Origin: Kluyvera intermedia
Lineage (GTDB): Bacteria > Pseudomonadota > Gammaproteobacteria > Enterobacterales > Enterobacteriaceae
DNA length: 40,000 bases
Reading direction: 5' to 3'
Assembly (NCBI RefSeq): GCF_034424175.1
Contig: NZ_CP139986.1
Span: 1,788,799 to 1,828,798 of the forward strand
Numbering within the stretch: the first letter of the stretch is position 1; each line of letters starts with the position of its first letter. The notes under the pieces are model-generated. The model was not told the origin of the DNA and ran no database searches. It saw only the letters and a program-made list of their open reading frames with translations. The position numbers were made by a program, and so were the translations under genes. Below, piece by piece: positions 1-9,579 of this stretch.

Positions 1-1
1 A

Positions 2-1105
2 CCGCCGTACTACCCGGAGTGGCAGGTTGGCGTGAACTACTCGGCCTGGCGCTATCGTCGGGAAGAGGGGGCAGCCACGGTGTGGCGCTGCCCGCTGTAC
101 GTGCCGAAACAACCGTCGACCATCAAACGTCTGCTTCACCTCAGCAGCTTTGCGGTAAGCAGTTTCTTCCCACTCATGGCGCAGCGAAGCTGGAAGCCCG
201 ATCGCATCATCGGGGTGGTGCCGACGCTGTTTTGCACCCCGGGAATGCGCCTGCTGGCGAAACTCTCCGGTTCGCGCACGTTGCTGCATATTCAGGATTA
301 TGAAGTGGACGCCATGCTCGGCCTGGGAATGGCCGGGAAAGGCAAGTCAGGCAGTGTGGCAAAACTGGCGAGCGCCTTTGAGCGTAGCGCCCTGCACAAC
401 GTGGATAACGTTTCCACCATTTCGCGCTCAATGATGAAAAAAGCCTGCGAAAAAGGCGTGCCGATGGAAAAGGTAATTTTCTTCCCAAACTGGTCGGAAG
501 TTTCCCGTTTCCGTGATGTATCGGAAACCCTGATCATCGCTCTACGCCAGCGTCTGGGCTTGCCAGAAGATCGCAAACTGATTCTCTATTCCGGCAATAT
601 CGGAGAAAAACAGGGACTGGAGAGCGTGATTGACGCCGCCGACCAGCTCCGCCATCAGCCCTGGTTATTTGTGATTGTCGGCCAGGGGGGGGGTAAAGCG
701 CGGCTGGAAAAAATGGCCGCCGAACGTGGCCTGGATAATGTGAAATTCCTGCCGCTGCAATCCTATGAAGATTTACCCGCTCTGCTGGCGATGGGTGACT
801 GCCATCTGGTTATCCAAAAGCGCGGTGCGGCGGATGCCGTCTTGCCTTCCAAGCTGACCAATATTCTGGCGGTCGGCGGTAACGCGGTGATAACCGCTGA
901 AGCCGAAACCGAGCTGGGCCAGTTGTGTCAGGACAATCCGGGTATTGCGGTTTGCGTGACACCTGAATCGGTTCCGTCACTGGTGGAAGGGATTGAACGC
1001 GCGTTGATGATGCCAAAACAGAATGTTATCGCCCGCGCCTGGGCCGAACGCACGCTCGATAAAGAGCATGTTCTTGAACAATTTATGACAGATATTCGGG
1101 GTTAA
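2..1105 (+). CDS. wcaI: Colanic acid glycosyltransferase WcaI, 5'-truncated by the window edge
   Basis: The frame is open from base 2 (PPYYPEWQVGVNYSAWRYRREEGAATVWRCPLYVPKQPST ... LDKEHVLEQFMTDIRG). It is collinear with E. coli WcaI as I remember it. About 40 N-terminal codons lie upstream of the window, so the ORF-track Met at 32 is internal. Sits directly upstream of cpsB as in colanic acid clusters. Confidence 0.9.
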   Translation, partial: PPYYPEWQVGVNYSAWRYRREEGAATVWRCPLYVPKQPSTIKRLLHLSSFAVSSFFPLMAQRSWKPDRIIGVVPTLFCTPGMRLLAKLSGSRTLLHIQDYEVDAMLGLGMAGKGKSGSVAKLASAFERSALHNVDNVSTISRSMMKKACEKGVPMEKVIFFPNWSEVSRFRDVSETLIIALRQRLGLPEDRKLILYSGNIGEKQGLESVIDAADQLRHQPWLFVIVGQGGGKARLEKMAAERGLDNVKFLPLQSYEDLPALLAMGDCHLVIQKRGAADAVLPSKLTNILAVGGNAVITAEAETELGQLCQDNPGIAVCVTPESVPSLVEGIERALMMPKQNVIARAWAERTLDKEHVLEQFMTDIRG

Positions 1106-1108
1106 ACG

Positions 1109-2545
1109 ATGAGTCAATCTACGCTTTTCCCGGTCGTGATGGCCGGAGGGTCGGGCAGCCGCCTGTGGCCGTTGTCCCGAGTGCTTTACCCAAAACAGTT
1201 CCTTTGTTTGAAAGGGGATTTGACCATGCTTCAGGCGACGGTGAATCGTCTGGACGGCGTGAAGTGTGCAAGCCCGGTGGTTATCTGTAATGAAGAACAC
1301 CGTTTTATCGTTGCTGAGCAACTGCGCCAGCTCAACAAGCTGACGGAAAATATTATCCTCGAACCTGCGGGGCGTAATACCGCCCCAGCGATTGCGCTGG
1401 CCGCTCTGGCCGCCAAACGACGCGAGCCGGATAACGATCCACTGATGCTGGTACTCGCAGCGGATCACGTGATTCAGAATGAAGAAGCCTTCCGCGCTGC
1501 GGTACGAGAAGCCACGCCGTATGCCGAAAGCGGCAAGCTGGTGACCTTCGGTATCGTGCCGTCGGTTCCCGAAACCGGCTATGGCTATATTCGTCGCGGC
1601 GAAGTGAGCCCTGGCGTTGACGATACGCTGGCTTTCGAAGTGGCGCAGTTCGTTGAAAAACCGAATCTTGATACCGCTCAGGCCTACGTTGCCTGCGGGG
1701 AATATTACTGGAACAGCGGTATGTTCTTGTTCCGCGCGGGCCGTTATCTGGAAGAATTGGGCAAATATCGCCCGGATATCCTCAGCGCCTGTGAAAAAGC
1801 GATGGATGTTACCGACCCGGATCTCGACTTTATCCGCGTTAACGAAGCCGCGTTTATGAGCTGTCCGGATGAGTCTATCGACTACGCGGTAATGGAACAG
1901 ACCCATGATGCCGTTGTGGTGCCGATGGATGCGGGCTGGAGCGATGTAGGCTCGTGGTCATCACTTTGGGAGATCAGCCAACACACGCCAGAAGGTAATG
2001 TCCATCACGGTGATGTTATCAGCCATAAAACTGAGAACAGCTATGTGTATGCCGAGTCGGGATTGGTGACCACCGTTGGGGTAAAGGATTTGGTGGTGGT
2101 GCAAACCAAAGACGCGGTGCTTATCGCCGATCGCAACGCGGTGCAGGACGTGAAAAAAGTGGTCGAAAAGATTAAGGCCGATGGTCGTCACGAACACCAT
2201 ATTCACCGGGAAGTCTACCGTCCGTGGGGTAAGTATGACTCTATCGATGCGGGCGACCGTTATCAGGTGAAACGCATCACCGTGAAGCCGGGCGAAGGAC
2301 TGTCACTGCAAATGCATCACCACCGAGCGGAACACTGGATTGTGGTTGCGGGTACCGCCAAAGTGACCCTCAATGATGAAATCAAACTGCTGGGCGAAAA
2401 TGAGTCTATCTACATTCCGCTTGGCGTCACCCACTGCCTCGAAAACCCGGGGAAAATCCCGCTCGACCTGATTGAGGTGCGTTCTGGCACCTATCTGGAA
2501 GAGGACGATGTGGTGCGATTCGCCGACCGTTATGGGCGAGTGTAG
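1109..2545 (+). CDS. cpsB: Mannose-1-phosphate guanylyltransferase, colanic-acid copy
   Basis: 478 aa. N-terminal nucleotidyltransferase motif [15 protein letters not shown] and C-terminal cupin-type motif [13 protein letters not shown]. Same length as E. coli CpsB and located between wcaI and cpsG. Confidence 0.95.
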   Translation: MSQSTLFPVVMAGGSGSRLWPLSRVLYPKQFLCLKGDLTMLQATVNRLDGVKCASPVVICNEEHRFIVAEQLRQLNKLTENIILEPAGRNTAPAIALAALAAKRREPDNDPLMLVLAADHVIQNEEAFRAAVREATPYAESGKLVTFGIVPSVPETGYGYIRRGEVSPGVDDTLAFEVAQFVEKPNLDTAQAYVACGEYYWNSGMFLFRAGRYLEELGKYRPDILSACEKAMDVTDPDLDFIRVNEAAFMSCPDESIDYAVMEQTHDAVVVPMDAGWSDVGSWSSLWEISQHTPEGNVHHGDVISHKTENSYVYAESGLVTTVGVKDLVVVQTKDAVLIADRNAVQDVKKVVEKIKADGRHEHHIHREVYRPWGKYDSIDAGDRYQVKRITVKPGEGLSLQMHHHRAEHWIVVAGTAKVTLNDEIKLLGENESIYIPLGVTHCLENPGKIPLDLIEVRSGTYLEEDDVVRFADRYGRV

Positions 2546-2551
2546 CGCCAA

Positions 2552-2586
2552 TTCGGTAGGCCGGATAAGCGCAGCGCCATCCGGCA
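2552..2586. repeat. REP (palindromic unit) element in the cpsB-cpsG spacer
   Basis: TTCGGTAGGCCGGATAAGCGCAGCGCCATCCGGCA contains the classic stem GCCGGAT...ATCCGGC (2560-2585), typical of E. coli/Salmonella/Citrobacter REP sequences. Confidence 0.8.
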
Positions 2587-2595
2587 AATAGTCGA

Positions 2596-2630
2596 CTCGG
2601 TAGGTGGAATAAGCAAAGCCCCCTCCGACA
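2596..2630. repeat. Degenerate second copy of the REP unit, direct orientation, palindrome destroyed
   Basis: A hand alignment of 2596-2630 to 2552-2586 gives 26/35 identical positions (CTCGGTAGGTGGAATAAGCAAAGCCCCCTCCGACA). The stem arms no longer pair. Confidence 0.5.
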
Positions 2631-2696
2631 AATCACAAACGTTGAAAATTGGCCGTCATGGTCAGGGCCAACTGTTGCCTGAAGAAAGGTAAAAAC

Positions 2697-4067
2697 ATGA
2701 ATAAGTTAACCTGTTTTAAAGCCTACGATATTCGCGGCAAGCTGGGCGAAGAGCTCAATGAAGATATTGCGTGGCGCATTGGCCGCGCTTACGGCGAATA
2801 CCTGAAACCGAAAACCATTGTGCTGGGGGGCGATGTGCGCCTGACCAGTGAAGCGCTGAAAATGGCGTTGGCAGGCGGTCTGCGTGATGCGGGCGTCGAC
2901 GTGCTGGATATTGGTCTTTCTGGTACAGAGGAGATCTACTTCGCCACGTTCCACCTCGGCGTAGATGGCGGTGTTGAAGTGACGGCCAGCCATAATCCGA
3001 TGGATTACAACGGTATGAAGCTGGTGCGCGAAGGCGCACGTCCGATCAGTGGTGACACCGGCCTGCGTGATATTCAGCGTCTGGCGGAGGCCAATGACTT
3101 CCCGCAGGTCGTTGAAGACCAGCGCGGAAGCTATCAGCAAATCGACGTACAAGACGCGTATATCCAGCACTTACTGGGCTATATCGACGTCAAAAACCTG
3201 ACGCCGCTGAAGCTGGTGGTGAACTCCGGTAACGGTGCCGCTGGCCCGGTGATTGATGCGCTGGAAGCGCGCTTTAAAGCGCTTAATGTTCCGGTGAGCT
3301 TAATTAAAGTCCACAACACCCCGGACGGGACGTTCCCGCACGGTATTCCGAATCCGCTGCTGCCGGAGTGCCGAGATGATACGCGTGACGCGGTTATCAA
3401 ATACGGTGCCGATATGGGCATAGCCTTCGACGGCGATTTTGACCGCTGCTTCTTGTTTGACGAAAAAGGCCAGTTTATTGAGGGCTACTACATTGTCGGC
3501 CTGCTGGCAGAAGCGTTCCTCGAGAAGAACCCGGGCGCGCGCATTATTCATGACCCGCGTTTGTCCTGGAACACCGTGGATGTGGTGACGGCGGCGGGCG
3601 GTACACCGGTGATGTCGAAAACAGGGCACGCGTTCATTAAAGAACGGATGCGCCAGGACGATGCGGTGTATGGCGGCGAGATGAGTGCCCATCACTACTT
3701 CCGCGACTTTGCTTACTGCGACAGCGGCATGATCCCGTGGCTACTGGTCAGTGAACTGCTGTGCCTGAAGGGGAAAACCCTGGGTGAGCTGGTGCGCGAC
3801 CGTATGGCGGCATTCCCGGCAAGCGGGGAAATCAACAGCAAACTGGCTGAACCGACGGCGGCGATTGCTCGCGTTGAAGCGCATTTTGCGGGTAGCGCAC
3901 TGGAGATTGACCGCACCGATGGTATCAGCCTGGCGTTTGCTGACTGGCGCTTTAACCTGCGTTCTTCTAACACCGAACCGGTGGTGCGGTTGAACGTGGA
4001 GTCACGCGGAAATTCGCCGCTGATGCAGGCGCGAACGCAGGACATTCTGGCGTTACTTAATCAGTAA
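2697..4067 (+). CDS. cpsG: Phosphomannomutase, colanic-acid copy
   Basis: Start chosen at ATG 2697 ([26 protein letters not shown]...), giving 456 aa like E. coli CpsG. Phosphoserine loop [13 protein letters not shown] and metal site FDGDFDR are present. The ORF-track start at 2649 is an unsupported upstream extension. Confidence 0.93.
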   Translation: MNKLTCFKAYDIRGKLGEELNEDIAWRIGRAYGEYLKPKTIVLGGDVRLTSEALKMALAGGLRDAGVDVLDIGLSGTEEIYFATFHLGVDGGVEVTASHNPMDYNGMKLVREGARPISGDTGLRDIQRLAEANDFPQVVEDQRGSYQQIDVQDAYIQHLLGYIDVKNLTPLKLVVNSGNGAAGPVIDALEARFKALNVPVSLIKVHNTPDGTFPHGIPNPLLPECRDDTRDAVIKYGADMGIAFDGDFDRCFLFDEKGQFIEGYYIVGLLAEAFLEKNPGARIIHDPRLSWNTVDVVTAAGGTPVMSKTGHAFIKERMRQDDAVYGGEMSAHHYFRDFAYCDSGMIPWLLVSELLCLKGKTLGELVRDRMAAFPASGEINSKLAEPTAAIARVEAHFAGSALEIDRTDGISLAFADWRFNLRSSNTEPVVRLNVESRGNSPLMQARTQDILALLNQ

Positions 4068-4072
4068 TTATT

Positions 4073-4127
4073 CCCCCCCTCACCCCGGCCCTCGCCCCTT
4101 TGGGGAGAGGGCCGGGGTGAGGGGGGG
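4073..4127. repeat. Perfect 21-bp GC-rich inverted repeat (hairpin) between cpsG and wcaJ
   Basis: Left arm CCCCCCCTCACCCCGGCCCTC (4073-4093) is the exact reverse complement of the right arm GAGGGCCGGGGTGAGGGGGGG (4107-4127). The 13-nt spacer GCCCCTTTGGGGA can itself pair (CCCC/GGGG). No U-tract follows on either strand. Confidence 0.85.
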
Positions 4128-4153
4128 AGGAAAACTACACAATAGGACCGACG

Positions 4154-5548
4154 ATGACGACTCTAAAAAAGCGCGAGCGAGCCAAAACGAATGCATCGTT
4201 AATCTCAATGGTGCAGCGTTTTTCAGACATCACCATCATGCTTGGTGGTCTTTGGCTGGTTTGTCAGGCCATCTCGCTGCCGTTTTTGTACCTGCATCTG
4301 CTGATGGCGCTGGTCACGCTGGCGGTGTTTCAGATGATTGGCGGTATCACTGATTTTTACCGCTCATGGCGTGGTGTACGGATAACGACGGAACTGCTGC
4401 TGCTATTGCAAAACTGGACGCTCAGTCTGGTATTTGCCGCAGGCTTACTGGCGTTCAATGACGACTTTAGTACCAACTTTGGTATCTGGCTGGCGTGGTA
4501 TTTGCTCAGCACAGTCGGCATGCTCGCCAGCCGCGCCTTTATCCGTTATGGCGCGGGCATGCTGCGTCATCGCGGTTATAACACTCGCTACGTGGCGGTA
4601 GCGGGCGATATGCCGGAAGGCCAGGAGCTACTGGACAGTTTCCGCAACCAGCCGTGGCTGGGGTATGAAGTGGTTGGCTGTTATTACGATGCGAAACCGG
4701 GCGGCGTGAGTGCGGATTGGATGGGAAATCTTGAGCAGCTTCGTGATGACGCTCGTGCTGGCAAGATTCATAACGTCTACATCTCCATGGCCATGCAGGA
4801 AGAGGGGGAGATCAAAACGCTGGTGCGCTCTCTTGCTGACACCACCTGTTCAGTGCTGCTGATCCCTGACGTGTTCACCTTCAATATCCTGCATTCACGT
4901 GTCGAAGTGGTTAACGGTATCCCGGTCGTCCCGCTATATGACACGCCGCTTTCCGGGGTGAATCGTCTTATTAAAAGGCTGGAAGATATTGTGCTGGCGC
5001 TGTGCATTTTACTGCTGATTTCACCGGCACTGTGCTGTATCGCGCTGGCGGTCAAAATCAGTTCGCCTGGGCCAATCATTTTCCGCCAGACCCGCTACGG
5101 CATGGACGGTAAACCTATCAAGGTGTGGAAATTTCGCTCCATGAAGGTGATGGAGAATGACAGGGTGGTGACGCAGGCGACACAGAACGACCCACGAGTG
5201 ACGCGCGTTGGCAACTTCCTGCGTCGTACTTCGCTTGATGAATTGCCGCAGTTTATCAATGTTCTCACCGGCGGGATGTCGATAGTTGGCCCGCGTCCAC
5301 ACGCGGTGGCGCATAACGAGCAGTATCGTCAGTTGATTGAAGGCTACATGCTGCGCCACAAAGTGAAACCCGGCATTACCGGCTGGGCGCAGATCAACGG
5401 CTGGCGCGGTGAAACCGACACGCTGGAAAAAATGGAAAAGCGTATCGAGTTCGATCTCGAATATATCCGTGAATGGAGCCTGTGGCTCGATATCAGAATC
5501 GTCTTCCTGACGGTGTTCAAAGGCTTTGTCAACAAAGCAGCCTATTGA
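4154..5548 (+). CDS. wcaJ: Undecaprenyl-phosphate glucose-1-phosphate transferase (colanic acid initiating enzyme)
   Basis: 464 aa with N-terminal TM segments. C-terminal polyisoprenyl-phosphate hexose-1-P transferase domain (SPGPIIFRQTRYG...DELPQFINVLTGGMSIVGPRPH...KPGITGWAQINGWRGETDT). Collinear with E. coli WcaJ. Confidence 0.95.
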   Translation: MTTLKKRERAKTNASLISMVQRFSDITIMLGGLWLVCQAISLPFLYLHLLMALVTLAVFQMIGGITDFYRSWRGVRITTELLLLLQNWTLSLVFAAGLLAFNDDFSTNFGIWLAWYLLSTVGMLASRAFIRYGAGMLRHRGYNTRYVAVAGDMPEGQELLDSFRNQPWLGYEVVGCYYDAKPGGVSADWMGNLEQLRDDARAGKIHNVYISMAMQEEGEIKTLVRSLADTTCSVLLIPDVFTFNILHSRVEVVNGIPVVPLYDTPLSGVNRLIKRLEDIVLALCILLLISPALCCIALAVKISSPGPIIFRQTRYGMDGKPIKVWKFRSMKVMENDRVVTQATQNDPRVTRVGNFLRRTSLDELPQFINVLTGGMSIVGPRPHAVAHNEQYRQLIEGYMLRHKVKPGITGWAQINGWRGETDTLEKMEKRIEFDLEYIREWSLWLDIRIVFLTVFKGFVNKAAY

Positions 5549-5557
5549 GGAAGTGAC

Positions 5558-7039
5558 ATGGGCCTGAGAGAAAAAACCATCAGCGGCGCGAAATGGTCGG
5601 CGATGGCGACTATCGTGATTATTGGACTGGGGCTGGCACAAATGACCGTGCTGGCACGCTTGTTCGACGGTCATCAGTTTGGTCTATTGACCGTCTCGCT
5701 GGTGATTATTGCGCTGGCGGATACGCTGTCGGACTTTGGTATTGCCAACTCGATTATTCAGCGTAAGCAAATCAGCCATCTGGAGCTGACCACCCTCTAC
5801 TGGCTGAATGTGGGGCTGGGGTTGGTGGTGTGCGCTGCGGTGTATCTGCTGAGCGATACCATCGCTAATGGGCTGCATAACCCCGATTTGGCGCCGCTTA
5901 TCAAGACGTTATCGCTGGCGTTTGTGTTGATTCCCCACGGCCAGCAGTTCCGGGCGTTGATGCAAAAGGAGCTGGAGTTCAACAAAATCGGCTCGATTGA
6001 AACCGCGGCCGTACTGTCTGGGTTCACATTTACCGTCATCAGCGCGTGCTACTGGCCGCTGGCGATGACGGCTATTCTGGGATATCTGGTCAATAGTGCG
6101 GTACGTACGCTGCTGTTTGGTTACTTTGGCCGCAAAATTTACCGTCCGGGGCTACATTTCTCACTGGCTACCGTGGTCCCTAACCTGCGTTTTGGGGCGT
6201 GGCTGACCGCTGACAGTATCGTTAACTACATCAATACCAACCTCTCAACGCTGACGCTGGCGCGCATTCTCGGGGCCAGCGTCGCCGGTGGCTATAACCT
6301 CGCTTACAACGTAGCGGTGGTGCCACCGATGAAGCTCAATCCGATTATTACCCGCGTGTTGTTCCCGGCGTTTGCCAAGATTCAGGACGATACCGACAAG
6401 CTGCGGGTAAATTTCTACAAATTGTTGTCGGTGGTGGGGATTATCAACTTCCCGGCGCTGCTGGGACTGATGGTAGTCAGCAACAACTTTGTGCCGCTGG
6501 TGTTTGGTGAAAAGTGGCTGCACATCGTGCCTATCCTGCAACTGCTGTGCGTGGTGGGTCTGCTGCGCTCGGTCGGCAACCCGATTGGCTCGCTGCTGAT
6601 GGCGAAAGCGCGGGTTGATATCAGCTTTAAATTCAACGTGTTTAAAACCTTCCTGTTTATTCCGGCGGTGATTATCGGCGGGCAGCTTGGTGGGGCGATT
6701 GGCGTCACGCTGGGCTTCTTGCTGGTGCAAATCATCAACACCATTCTCAGCTACTTCGTGATGATTAAACCGATTCTGGGGCCGAGCTACCGCGACTACC
6801 TGCTGAGCCTATGGCTGCCGCTGCGACTATCGCTGCCAACGCTGGTGGTGAGTTATGCCGTCGGTCGGCTGCTGGAAGGCAGCGTCTCGCTGTCGTTGCT
6901 ATTGGGATTGCAGGTCCTGGCGGGCGTGCTTAGCTTCGCGCTGGTTGTCGTGTTGTCCCGCAATAGCCTGTTGATTGAACTTAAAAAAACGCTCTGTCGG
7001 AGCGAAAAATTGAAAACGTTATTACGCGTTCCTAATTGA
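5558..7039 (+). CDS. wzxC: Colanic acid repeat-unit flippase (MOP/Wzx family)
   Basis: 493 aa, strongly hydrophobic multi-pass protein. Collinear with E. coli WzxC (MxLREKTISGAKWSA...). GAGG lies upstream of the ATG. Confidence 0.93.
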   Translation: MGLREKTISGAKWSAMATIVIIGLGLAQMTVLARLFDGHQFGLLTVSLVIIALADTLSDFGIANSIIQRKQISHLELTTLYWLNVGLGLVVCAAVYLLSDTIANGLHNPDLAPLIKTLSLAFVLIPHGQQFRALMQKELEFNKIGSIETAAVLSGFTFTVISACYWPLAMTAILGYLVNSAVRTLLFGYFGRKIYRPGLHFSLATVVPNLRFGAWLTADSIVNYINTNLSTLTLARILGASVAGGYNLAYNVAVVPPMKLNPIITRVLFPAFAKIQDDTDKLRVNFYKLLSVVGIINFPALLGLMVVSNNFVPLVFGEKWLHIVPILQLLCVVGLLRSVGNPIGSLLMAKARVDISFKFNVFKTFLFIPAVIIGGQLGGAIGVTLGFLLVQIINTILSYFVMIKPILGPSYRDYLLSLWLPLRLSLPTLVVSYAVGRLLEGSVSLSLLLGLQVLAGVLSFALVVVLSRNSLLIELKKTLCRSEKLKTLLRVPN

Positions 7040-7069
7040 TTTGCTTGAAACCCTTTTGATGAGGCCATG

Positions 7070-8350
7070 ATGAAATTATTAATTTTAGGCAACCACACCT
7101 GCGGTAACCGTGGCGATAGCGCCATTATGCGTGGGCTGCTTGATGCGATTGTTCGCCAGCAACCGGACGTTGAGATGGATGTGATGAGCCGTTTCCCGAC
7201 CAGTTCCTCCTGGCTGCAAGGACGCGAAATAATGGCCGATCCGCTGTACCAGTTAAGCCAAAAACAGCAGGCGGCACCGGGCGTGAGTGGACGCGTAAAG
7301 AAGGTGCTGCGTCGTCGCTTCCAGCACAAGATCCTGCTGGCGAAGGTCACCGGCGAAGGTAAGCTGCGCAACTTTGAAATCGCGCCAGAGTTTCATGACT
7401 TTGTGCGTTTTCTGGGTAACTACGATGCCATCATTCAGGTGGGCGGGTCGAACTACGTCGATCTCTATGGTTTGACCCACTTTGAATATCCGCTGTGCGC
7501 CTTTATGGCCAATAAGCCCATTTACATGATTGGTCACAGCGTCGGGCCGTTCCAGAACCCGGACTTTAACCAACTGGCGAACTACACCTTTGGGCGCACC
7601 AATGCGTTGATTCTGCGTGAAACCGTCAGTCGCGAACTGATGGTAAAGGCGCAGATTGATACCAGCAAAGTGGAGCAGGGTGTGGATACTGCGTGGCTAG
7701 TAGAGCACCGTAACGACAGTTTTGAGGCCAGTTATGCGGTACAGCATTGGCTGAATCTGACCGCACAGCGCAAAACCGTTGCCATTACCCTGCGCGAACT
7801 GGAGCCGTTCGATAAACGTCTGGGTACCACCCAACAGGCGTATGAAAAAGCCTTTGCCGAGGTGGTGAATCGCATGATTGATGACGGCTACCAGGTGCTG
7901 GCGCTCTCCACCTGTACCAGCATTGACCGCTATAATCGCGACGATCGCATGGTTGCTCTGCGCATGTCGCAGTACGTGAAAAATCGTGAACATTTCCATA
8001 TTGCTATGGACGAACTCAACGATGTGGAGATTGGTAAAATCCTTGCCTCTTGCGCGCTGACCATCGGCACTCGCCTGCACTCTGCCATCATCTCGATGAA
8101 CTTTGGCACCCCGGCTATCGCCATTAACTACGAGCACAAATCTGCCGGCATCATGCAGCAGTTGGGAATGCCGGAGATGGCTATCGACATTCGTCACCTG
8201 CTAGACGGTTCAATGCAGGGCGTAGTGGCCGATATCTTAAATCAGCTGCCCGCGCTTGGTGAACGTGTGGCGACGGCGGTAGAAGGTGAGCGCCAGAAAG
8301 GATTTACTATGATTGAATCGGTACTTAACCGCATCCGGGAGGGCCGATGA
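7070..8350 (+). CDS. wcaK: Colanic acid pyruvyl transferase
   Basis: The second ATG (7070) lies 5 nt after GAGG and gives 426 aa (MKLLILGNHTCGNRGDSAI...), as in E. coli WcaK. The ORF-track start at 7067 is 2 nt from the SD. Confidence 0.92.
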   Translation: MKLLILGNHTCGNRGDSAIMRGLLDAIVRQQPDVEMDVMSRFPTSSSWLQGREIMADPLYQLSQKQQAAPGVSGRVKKVLRRRFQHKILLAKVTGEGKLRNFEIAPEFHDFVRFLGNYDAIIQVGGSNYVDLYGLTHFEYPLCAFMANKPIYMIGHSVGPFQNPDFNQLANYTFGRTNALILRETVSRELMVKAQIDTSKVEQGVDTAWLVEHRNDSFEASYAVQHWLNLTAQRKTVAITLRELEPFDKRLGTTQQAYEKAFAEVVNRMIDDGYQVLALSTCTSIDRYNRDDRMVALRMSQYVKNREHFHIAMDELNDVEIGKILASCALTIGTRLHSAIISMNFGTPAIAINYEHKSAGIMQQLGMPEMAIDIRHLLDGSMQGVVADILNQLPALGERVATAVEGERQKGFTMIESVLNRIREGR

Positions 8351-9570
8351 AAGTCAGCTTTTTCCTGCTGAAATTCCCATTATCGTCAGAAACGTTTGTC
8401 TTAAACCAGATTGTGGCGTTTATCGAGATGGGTTATGAAGTGGAGATTGTCGCCTTGCAAAAAGGCGACCTGACCAACACCCATGCGGCCTATACCCAAT
8501 ATCAACTGGCGGATAAAGTCCGCTGGTTGCAGGATGAGCCGCCGAGTGCGCTGGCTAAACTGCGCTATCGCGGGTTTAGTACGCTGCGTGGGCTTCATCG
8601 TCCTGCGGTGTGGCGGGCGCTGAACGCCCGTCGTTATGGCCAGGAAGCGCGTAACCTGATCCTCTCCTCAATTTGTAGTCGCACGCCATCGCCGATTACC
8701 TCTGATGTGTTTATCGCCCACTTCGGCCCGGCCGGGGTGACGGCGGCGAAGCTGCGTGAACTGGACGTGATTCGCGGCAAAATCGCTACCGTGTTCCACG
8801 GAATTGATATCTCCAGCCGTGAAGTGCTCGATCACTACCGCGGTGAGTATCAGCAACTGTTTCGCCGTGGCGATATGATGTTGCCGATTAGCCAGCTATG
8901 GGCTGATCGCCTGAAAACGATGGGCTGTCCGGGGGAAAAAATCACTGTCTCCCGGATGGGCGTCAATATGGAACGTTTCGCGCAGCGCCCCCTGAAGGCA
9001 CCGAATGCGTGCCTGCAAATTATCTCGGTTGCTCGTTTGACCGAGAAGAAGGGGCTGCATGTGGCGATTGAAGCCTGTCGTCAGTTGAAAGCGCAGGGCG
9101 TGAATTTCCGTTACCGCATTCTGGGGATTGGGCCGTGGGAGCGGCGTCTACGTACTCTCATTGAACAGTATCAACTGGAAGACCGGATAGAGATGCCCGG
9201 TTTTAAGCCCAGTCATGAAGTGAAAGCGATGCTCGATGACGCCGACGTGTTCCTGCTGCCTTCTATTACCGGGGCGGATGGCGATATGGAAGGGATTCCG
9301 GTGGCGCTGATGGAGGCCATGGCGGTGGGCATCCCGGTGCTATCTACCGTTCACAGCGGTATCCCTGAACTTATCGACTCTGGTGATTCCGGCTGGCTGG
9401 TGGCGGAGAACGATGCCGAGGCGCTAGCCAATAAACTGCGGCTATTGGGAAGTATGGATGAACAGGGGCTTCAGCCGGTGGTGACGCGCGCACGTAAAAA
9501 AGTCGAAACCGATTTTAATCAGCAGCTTATTAACCGGCAGCTCGCCAGTCTGCTGCACACGCTTTGCTAA
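8347..9570 (+). CDS. wcaL: Colanic acid glycosyltransferase (GT4)
   Basis: 407 aa. ATGA start/stop overlap with wcaK. C-terminal GT4 signature ...DGDMEGIPVALMEAMAVGIPVLST.... Collinear with E. coli WcaL. Confidence 0.93.
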   Translation: MKVSFFLLKFPLSSETFVLNQIVAFIEMGYEVEIVALQKGDLTNTHAAYTQYQLADKVRWLQDEPPSALAKLRYRGFSTLRGLHRPAVWRALNARRYGQEARNLILSSICSRTPSPITSDVFIAHFGPAGVTAAKLRELDVIRGKIATVFHGIDISSREVLDHYRGEYQQLFRRGDMMLPISQLWADRLKTMGCPGEKITVSRMGVNMERFAQRPLKAPNACLQIISVARLTEKKGLHVAIEACRQLKAQGVNFRYRILGIGPWERRLRTLIEQYQLEDRIEMPGFKPSHEVKAMLDDADVFLLPSITGADGDMEGIPVALMEAMAVGIPVLSTVHSGIPELIDSGDSGWLVAENDAEALANKLRLLGSMDEQGLQPVVTRARKKVETDFNQQLINRQLASLLHTLC

Positions 9571-9579
9571 GGAGGCTTG

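Noticed and set aside
977-1906. 309-aa ORF on the minus strand overlapping the wcaI 3' end and the cpsB 5' half
   Set aside because: It is entirely antisense to two well-supported conserved genes in GC-rich DNA. The composition is Arg/Gly/His-rich and low-complexity, with no recognisable motifs. This is a typical shadow ORF.
2649-2696. Upstream in-frame extensions offered by the ORF track (also 12378-12401, 17599-17640, 22290-22355, 27951-28010 and 34844-34891)
   Set aside because: The extensions overlap the preceding gene or lack an SD. The downstream starts give N-termini and lengths matching known orthologues and have better SD spacing.
5021-5674. 217-aa minus-strand ORF, plus similar ORFs at 6245-6730, 6853-7371, 7697-8197, 9925-10398 and 13101-13586
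   Set aside because: All are antisense to conserved wca or rml genes. None has an SD-like context or domain signature. They are explained by high G+C and codon-bias mirroring.
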